Origin: an uncultured bacterium
Lineage (GTDB): Bacteria > Zixibacteria > MSB-5A5 > UBA10806
Assembly (NCBI GenBank): GCA_965541585.1
Contig: CBEUCH010000001.1
Coordinates: forward strand, 256,001-320,000
Reading direction: 5' to 3'
DNA: 64,000 nt
Below, piece after piece: positions 58,136 to 64,000 of this stretch. Position 1 is the first letter of the stretch, and the number at the start of each line of letters is the position of its first letter. The notes beneath the pieces are model-generated. The model was not told the origin of the DNA. It ran no database searches and worked only from the letters and a program-made list of their open reading frames with translations. A program made the translations under genes and the position numbers.

Positions 58136-59353
58136 ATGGGTAGCGAAGATGTGATGGAAAAGGCGATGCCTTTATTGGACCGTTGGCAATTTTCAGCCAG
58201 GGCAATAAGTTTAGAAAGCTCAATCATAAGGGAGATTCTCAGGGATTCATCTCAACCCGGGGTTATTAATTTCGCCGGTGGGCTGCCCGCCCCCGAACTT
58301 TTCCCCATTGATGACATCAAATCTGCCTGCGAGCGAGTCTTAGCCGAATACGGCCCTAGTTCACTACAGTATTCCCTGACCACCGGAATTCCCCCTCTCA
58401 GAGAATATCTCGCCGGGAGGGTTTCTATCGGCGGTATAGAATATTCCCCCGAATCGATTCAGATCACCTGCGGCGCCCAGCAGGGTCTTGATATCATCGG
58501 GCGGGTTTTTCTGGAACCGGGTTCCGTGGTTCTGACGGAGGAGCCAACCTATGTGGGAGCCATTCAGGCCTTTTCTTTCTACGATGCCCGATTCATCTCC
58601 GTCGTCACCGACACTGACGGCATGCTTCCCGACGATCTGGAGAAAAAGGTCATCAAGTATAAGCCGACCATGATATACCTGGTTCCTAATTTTCAGAATC
58701 CCTCCGGCATAACGATGTCGAAATCACGTCGGCAGGCAGTTATCGAACTGGCGATAAAATATGATGTTCCTATTATCGATGACAATCCTTACCGTGAGTT
58801 GCGCTACATGGGTGAGCATGTGCCGTCGCTGAAGGCCATGGACAGGGAGCACGTCATCCAGCTGGGAACATTTTCGAAGATAATCTCGCCGGGGCTCAGG
58901 ATTGGCTGGATTGTCGCGGAACCCGAGGTCATTTCCTTATGCGAAAGAATGAAACAGGCCTGCGATCTTCATACCAATACTTTTGCCCAGTATGTTGTCT
59001 ATGAATTTGCCGCCAGCGGCGACCTGGAAAAACATATCGATAGGTTGATTGAATCTTACAGTGTTCGCCGTAACGTTATGATCGAGGCTCTGAGAAATTA
59101 TTTCGACGACGGAACGACGTGGACTGAACCAGAAGGCGGTTTATTCCTCTGGGTCAGGTGTCCCGCGGGGATATCGGCATCCGCGTTACTGCCGAAGGCC
59201 CTTGAGGCCGGGGTCGCTTATGTGCCGGGCAAATATTTCTACAGTCAAAAACCCGACGATGCGACTATCCGGCTTAATTTCTGCAATGCCACCGAGGAGA
59301 AGATTGTGGAGGGGGTCAGGAGACTGGCAGGAGTTATCAAGACGGCCGTGTAA
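58136..59353 (+). CDS. PLP-dependent class I/II aminotransferase (LysN-like)
   Basis: Motifs FAGGLP, GAQQGL, PNFQNPSG, DDNPY, TFSKIISPGLRIGW and IRLNF. Confidence 0.9.
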   Translation: MGSEDVMEKAMPLLDRWQFSARAISLESSIIREILRDSSQPGVINFAGGLPAPELFPIDDIKSACERVLAEYGPSSLQYSLTTGIPPLREYLAGRVSIGGIEYSPESIQITCGAQQGLDIIGRVFLEPGSVVLTEEPTYVGAIQAFSFYDARFISVVTDTDGMLPDDLEKKVIKYKPTMIYLVPNFQNPSGITMSKSRRQAVIELAIKYDVPIIDDNPYRELRYMGEHVPSLKAMDREHVIQLGTFSKIISPGLRIGWIVAEPEVISLCERMKQACDLHTNTFAQYVVYEFAASGDLEKHIDRLIESYSVRRNVMIEALRNYFDDGTTWTEPEGGLFLWVRCPAGISASALLPKALEAGVAYVPGKYFYSQKPDDATIRLNFCNATEEKIVEGVRRLAGVIKTAV

Positions 59354-59368
59354 TAGCAGCGCTGGCTC

Positions 59369-60211
59369 ATGGAAATACCTTTTATAAAAATTCAGAGTGC
59401 CGGGAATGATTATGTCTATATTGAAAAAAAGTCGATCTCTCGTCTGAAAACGAACACTCCCTCCCTTGCTCGACGCATGTCAGACAGGAACAGAGGCATC
59501 GGATCGGACGGCCTGATTATTGTCGATATGCCTGACAAAAATGCAGCCTTTATAAGGATTTACAATGGTGATGGTTCGGAGGCTGAACTTTGCGGCAATG
59601 GACTCCGCGGGGCGGCCTTATACCTCAGGAGGGCTCAGAAGAGTCGGGCGCGGAGATTTCTAATCTGCACTCGCTGGAACGATTATCGGGTGGAGGTGGT
59701 TAGTCTTTCCGAAGATGCCGCTATTATTCGGGCATCTCTGAGCGGGCCATCATTTAACGCCAGGGCAATAGGGTATTCGGAAGATGAAAGTATCTGTATG
59801 GGCGTCCCCGTATCCGTTGGTGAATGCCGGAGAGATCTTTATTGCGTCGCCATGCCCAATCCTTTCGCGGTGATTTTTGTTGACAATTTCGATTTTGACT
59901 GGCAGAAAGAGGGTCGGGCCATCGAGAATAGCCCGATATTCAAGAATAGGATAAACGTTATGTTTACAAGGATCGATTCTCGCAGACAGATTACAGTTGT
60001 GCCCTGGGAACGGGGCTCTGGCGCTACGCTGGCTTGCGGATCGGGGGCGGCAGCGGCCATGGCGGTTTCGGGATTGCTCGGCTATACCGGTGGAAGAGTT
60101 TCCGTCATAATGCCCGGGGGGACGCTCAAAACATCATGGAATATCGAGGACAACGAAATCCACCAGGAAGGACCGAGCAGGGTCGTTTTTACGGGATCAT
60201 ATAAGATTTGA
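59369..60211 (+). CDS. dapF: diaminopimelate epimerase
   Basis: Motifs GNDY, GIGSDG, YNGDGSEAELCGNG and WERGSGATLACGSG, with both catalytic Cys present. Confidence 0.85.
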   Translation: MEIPFIKIQSAGNDYVYIEKKSISRLKTNTPSLARRMSDRNRGIGSDGLIIVDMPDKNAAFIRIYNGDGSEAELCGNGLRGAALYLRRAQKSRARRFLICTRWNDYRVEVVSLSEDAAIIRASLSGPSFNARAIGYSEDESICMGVPVSVGECRRDLYCVAMPNPFAVIFVDNFDFDWQKEGRAIENSPIFKNRINVMFTRIDSRRQITVVPWERGSGATLACGSGAAAAMAVSGLLGYTGGRVSVIMPGGTLKTSWNIEDNEIHQEGPSRVVFTGSYKI

Positions 60212-61920
60212 GGAAATATAAAAATCATATAGCTGAGAGAATTTCCAGGCTGGTCGGGGTCGGGAAGCCGGACGTGGAATCGTATATCGAGGTACCGCCA
60301 TCGGAGGAGATGGGGGATCTGGCATTCCCATGCTTTTCTCTGGCAAAAACCCTGAGGAAATCGCCTGCGGATATCGCCCGGGATCTCCAATCCGGACTCA
60401 CCAGCGATGATTTGATCGAGCGAATCGAGGCCAAAGAGGCTTACCTCAATTTCTTCTTTGTTAAAAACGCTCTCATGGCAGATGTTATTTCTGAAATCTT
60501 ACGGGCGGATGAAGATTACGGCAAGAGCAGCGCTGGCTCGGAGAAAACGATCGTCATTGAATATTCATCTCCGAATATCGCCAAGCCTTTCGGAATAGGC
60601 CATCTGAGATCTACCGTCATCGGGGCAGCCCTTAAGAGGATTTTCCGCCACCTGGGGTATAAGGTGGTCGGCCTCAATCACCTCGGGGATTGGGGCACAC
60701 AGTTCGGGAAGCTATTATACGCCTTCAGGAATTGGGGGAATGAATCGGAGTTGCAGAGGAAACCGATAGAGCATCTTTATGATCTCTATGTAAAAATCCA
60801 CCAGCAGGAGGAGGAAGATCCTGCTCTACTTGAGTCAACCAGAGCCGAGTTTAAAAAGCTCGAGGAAGGTGATCCGGAGAGCCTGGCTTTATGGAAACGT
60901 TTTTCCGATCTCAGCAAAAGGGAATTCGAAAAGATATACGATATGCTGGGGACTGAGTTTGAAGGCGATGCAGGAGAATCGTTTTATATCGACAGGATAC
61001 CGGAAACCGAGAATATTCTAAAAGATGCATCGCTTATCGTGGAAAGTCGCGATGCCACCATAGTAGATCTTGAAGAATACGGTATGCCTCCCATGCTGAT
61101 AAGGAAAAGCGACGATACGACACTATATGCCACACGGGACTTGGCGGCAGCCATCTATAGAAAACAAGAATACGACTTCAACGAGATGGTATATGTGGTA
61201 GGCGTGGCGCAATCCCTCTATTTCCAGCAATTATTCAAAGTCCTGGAGCTGATGGGATTCAGCTGGGCTGCAAATTGCCATCATATCAGCTTCGGATGGG
61301 TTAAGCTGGGCGATGAGATGATGTCCACGCGCCGGGGCAATATTGTCTTTCTGGATGACGTTATATCGAGAACCATTGAAAAAACAGAGAAAATCATCGA
61401 GGAAAACAGCCCGGATTTACCGAATCCCGATAAGGTGGCGTTCGACGTGGGGATTGGGGCGGTGATTTTTGCCGATCTTTCCTGCCGCCGGGAGACCGAT
61501 ATCGCTTTCGATTGGGACAGGATGCTCGATTTCAAAGGGTATTCTGGTCCTTATCTGCAATACTCTCATGCCCGAATCTGCAGCGTTCTGCGAAAATACG
61601 GAAAGGAATTGCCATCGAGCTGCGACGCTCGGCTGTTGCAACTGCCTGAGGAGTACGCCCTCGCTAAATTGCTGGCCTTATATCCCGATATAATAGAAAA
61701 GGCCGCAAAAGAATTCGAACCGTATCATATTTCATCTTTTTTACTTGAGCTTTGCGGTATTTTTAACACATATTATCAGAAGTATCGATCTCCGGAGGAC
61801 CGGATCCTTTCGTCGGATGCAGATACTACAAGGTCGAGGCTGGCATTGACCGGATGCATCAGGATCGTACTTAGCTCGGGTTTGAAGCTGCTTGGGCTTT
61901 CAGCACCGGAAATGATGTAG
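60208..61920 (+). CDS. argS: arginine--tRNA ligase
   Basis: Motifs EYSSPNIAKP, GHLRS, HLGDWGTQFG, YATRDLAA, MSTRRG and GPYLQYSHAR. Confidence 0.96.
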   Translation: MRKYKNHIAERISRLVGVGKPDVESYIEVPPSEEMGDLAFPCFSLAKTLRKSPADIARDLQSGLTSDDLIERIEAKEAYLNFFFVKNALMADVISEILRADEDYGKSSAGSEKTIVIEYSSPNIAKPFGIGHLRSTVIGAALKRIFRHLGYKVVGLNHLGDWGTQFGKLLYAFRNWGNESELQRKPIEHLYDLYVKIHQQEEEDPALLESTRAEFKKLEEGDPESLALWKRFSDLSKREFEKIYDMLGTEFEGDAGESFYIDRIPETENILKDASLIVESRDATIVDLEEYGMPPMLIRKSDDTTLYATRDLAAAIYRKQEYDFNEMVYVVGVAQSLYFQQLFKVLELMGFSWAANCHHISFGWVKLGDEMMSTRRGNIVFLDDVISRTIEKTEKIIEENSPDLPNPDKVAFDVGIGAVIFADLSCRRETDIAFDWDRMLDFKGYSGPYLQYSHARICSVLRKYGKELPSSCDARLLQLPEEYALAKLLALYPDIIEKAAKEFEPYHISSFLLELCGIFNTYYQKYRSPEDRILSSDADTTRSRLALTGCIRIVLSSGLKLLGLSAPEMM

Positions 61921-61972
61921 AAGAAAAGAACGTATCGAACTAATAGAAAGTCATAGGAATGAGAATTCGGAT

Positions 61973-63346
61973 ATGGATAAGGTAATAAATCCCATAAAGA
62001 GCCTCAGGGCTACCGTGAGATTACCCGGCGATACTGCGATTTCCCACAGGGCGGCCCTTCTTGCATCCATATGCAACGGCCAGGTGGAGATTAAGAATTA
62101 TTCCGCGGGGCTGGAATGCCACACCACTCTGGACTGCCTGGCTCAACTGGGCGTCGAGATCGAACATGACGAGAGTAATCTCGTTATCCATGGCAAGGGG
62201 CTTAAGGGAATTGAGCAGCCGGACGGGCCCGTTAACGTTAAGAATTCGGCGGCGACGGCGAGAATGCTTTGCGGGATTCTTGCGGCCGCAGAATTTGAAT
62301 CGGAACTCGTCTGTGGCGAATCGATATGCAACCTGCCGATGCGGCGAGTAATAGAGCCGCTGAGGCAAATGGGCGCTGAGATTGAATCCGATAATTACAA
62401 AATGCCCTTGAAGATAAAAGGAGCAAAGCTTCAGGGGATCCAATACGCCATGCCGGTTTCATCATCGCAAGTAAAGGGAACGCTTCTCTTGGCCGGATTG
62501 CTGGCCGACGGCAAGACTGAAATTATCGAGCGCATTTCCAGCCGGGATCATTTTGAGAGGTTGCTGACATATTTCGGCATCAAGTTGAAGAAGAGCAGGA
62601 TAGAGCCTAAACCATCCGATGAGGATCCGCTTATAAGAAGATTCAAGAAGGAAACCGGAGTTGTCTCGCCCGATCTGAAAGGTGATATGATCACGATCAT
62701 GGGAGGGCAGCAGATCGCCCAGAGATCGCTGACCATCCCCGGCGATATTTCCTCAGCCGCTTATTACATAATTGCAGGATTGCTTGTGAAGAATTCGGTG
62801 GTGAGAGTGGAGAATGTCAGCCTGAATGCCACCCGCATGGGATTTGTGGATGTCCTGCAAAAAATGAGGGCTCCGATAACGGTCGAGCAGGTGGGAGAGA
62901 TGGGTTTTGAACCGTACGGCACCATTGAGATCAAATCGGCGGAGATAAAGGGCAGGAGAATGGTTGGAGAGCTTATCCCCAGCATCATAGATGAGCTGGC
63001 GGTAATGGCCATAGTGTCCGCGGCTGCCCAGGGGACATCTGTCATTCGCGACGCATACGAGTTGCGTAACCAGAAGATAGACAGGATCAAATCGATAGCC
63101 ACCAATCTGAGAAGAATGGGGATCAAAGTCGGAGAACTCGACGATGGCATGGCAATCGATGGCGGTACCGGTCTGGAGGGAGCAGAGATTGACAGTTTCG
63201 GCGATCATAGAATCGCCATGTCGTTTGCCGTCGCCGGCCTCATAGCCGACGGCCCCACGGTAATCAAGGATGCAGAATGTGTCGATATTAGCTATCCGGG
63301 ATTCTGGGATGATTTTGATCGTTTCGCAAGCGGGCAGTCAGTTTAG
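61973..63346 (+). CDS. aroA: EPSP synthase (AroA) homologue with altered active-site motifs
   Basis: Class II fold motifs PMRRV, SSQVK, RDH, PGDISSA and GDHRIAMS, but PGDTA, KNSAAT and LRNQKIDR deviate from consensus. Confidence 0.75.
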   Translation: MDKVINPIKSLRATVRLPGDTAISHRAALLASICNGQVEIKNYSAGLECHTTLDCLAQLGVEIEHDESNLVIHGKGLKGIEQPDGPVNVKNSAATARMLCGILAAAEFESELVCGESICNLPMRRVIEPLRQMGAEIESDNYKMPLKIKGAKLQGIQYAMPVSSSQVKGTLLLAGLLADGKTEIIERISSRDHFERLLTYFGIKLKKSRIEPKPSDEDPLIRRFKKETGVVSPDLKGDMITIMGGQQIAQRSLTIPGDISSAAYYIIAGLLVKNSVVRVENVSLNATRMGFVDVLQKMRAPITVEQVGEMGFEPYGTIEIKSAEIKGRRMVGELIPSIIDELAVMAIVSAAAQGTSVIRDAYELRNQKIDRIKSIATNLRRMGIKVGELDDGMAIDGGTGLEGAEIDSFGDHRIAMSFAVAGLIADGPTVIKDAECVDISYPGFWDDFDRFASGQSV

Positions 63347-63429
63347 CTGGCAGGCAAGGAAACTGGGTCATTAAAAGAAAATTTATTCTCGCAAGCAGCA
63401 TAGGATTCAGGCGGGGAGTCTCCGTTTTT

Positions 63430-63798
63430 GTGCAGCTTTGCACCATAATCATACCTGTTTATGTTGTAACGGCATTGCTCAAACTCACTCCCTTCTTTGA
63501 ATACGTGGGCGGGATATTCGAGCCTTTCATGAAATTTATCGGCCTGCCGGGTGAATCCGCTGTAGCGATTGTCACGGGAACATTCGTGAATCTCTATGCG
63601 GCGGCGGCTGTGGTGGCCGATCTTGAAATGGATGCCAGACAGCTGACGATTCTGGCGCTGATTCTGGGCATATCCCACTCACAGATTATGGAAACAGCAA
63701 TTATCGGCAAAATGCGAGCCAGGCCATATCTGGTGACACCCCTCAGGGTGATATTTTCGCTTTGCGCCGGGTTCATTTTGAATCTCATGTTAGTGTAA
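63430..63798 (+). CDS. nucleoside-recognition (Gate) domain membrane protein
   Basis: Motifs PFMKFIGLPGESA, NLYAAAA and ISHSQIMETA. The start is probably upstream, since the frame is open from 63319. Confidence 0.75.
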   Translation: MQLCTIIIPVYVVTALLKLTPFFEYVGGIFEPFMKFIGLPGESAVAIVTGTFVNLYAAAAVVADLEMDARQLTILALILGISHSQIMETAIIGKMRARPYLVTPLRVIFSLCAGFILNLMLV

Positions 63799-63802
63799 GA
63801 TC

Positions 63803-64000
63803 ATGCAATTTTTGCTGGATACAGGCCTGGGACTGCTTAGCCTTCTGGTAAAGGTCTTCCTCATAGTTGTTCCCTTAATGATGCTGCTTGAGATCTTTCG
63901 AGAATACGAGCTGCTTGATAAGATAACGGGCGCTGTCCGTCGCCCGGCAGGGAAACTGGGATTCAAACGGAATTCCATTTATCCGTTGCTGGCGGGTGTC
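63803..64000 (+). CDS. second Gate-domain membrane protein, truncated by the window edge
   Basis: My translation, MQFLLDTGLGLLSLLVKVFLIVVPLMMLLEIFREYELLDKI...SIYPLLAGV, is open to the end of the window. Confidence 0.7.
   Translation, partial: MQFLLDTGLGLLSLLVKVFLIVVPLMMLLEIFREYELLDKITGAVRRPAGKLGFKRNSIYPLLAGV

Overview
Bacterial chromosomal window of about 58 genes, nearly all on the + strand after 9.9 kb. Gene content suggests a diderm, possibly a Zixibacteria/FCB-type organism, but that is an impression, not something the sequence proves. (1) 1-9.9 kb is an accessory patch: kbl and an SDR-type threonine dehydrogenase are interleaved with exported proteins, including a lipoprotein-Hint(intein-like)-Fn3 fusion, and a methyltransferase. 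The genes are separated by dense, nested palindromic repeats (GTAG/CTAC REP-like and ATTCCC-N8-GGGAAT dRS3-like). (2) An ECF sigma / anti-sigma / HtrA-like operon follows. (3) 14.2-30.0 kb is a near-complete type IV pilus cluster (no pilD) with two tandem large PilX-like paralogues and an invasin-like lipoprotein. (4) Then come tamB-tamA, iscS-mnmA, an lpxL-like gene and comEC. (5) 44.3-55.0 kb holds a DUF4388 - TPR/roadblock - roadblock - roadblock - tailed MglA - MglB module joined to a second pilB-pilT-pilC-pilS set. Its pilS is split at an in-frame G_GGA_AAG slippery site, and sigma28-like promoters precede the TPR/roadblock gene and pilT. (6) lexA - RAYT transposase with REPs - small protein - dinB. 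(7) Aminotransferase, dapF, argS, an AroA homologue with altered active-site motifs, and two Gate-domain membrane genes. I found no rRNA, tRNA or CRISPR array. Family assignments come from motif recognition by eye, not database searches.
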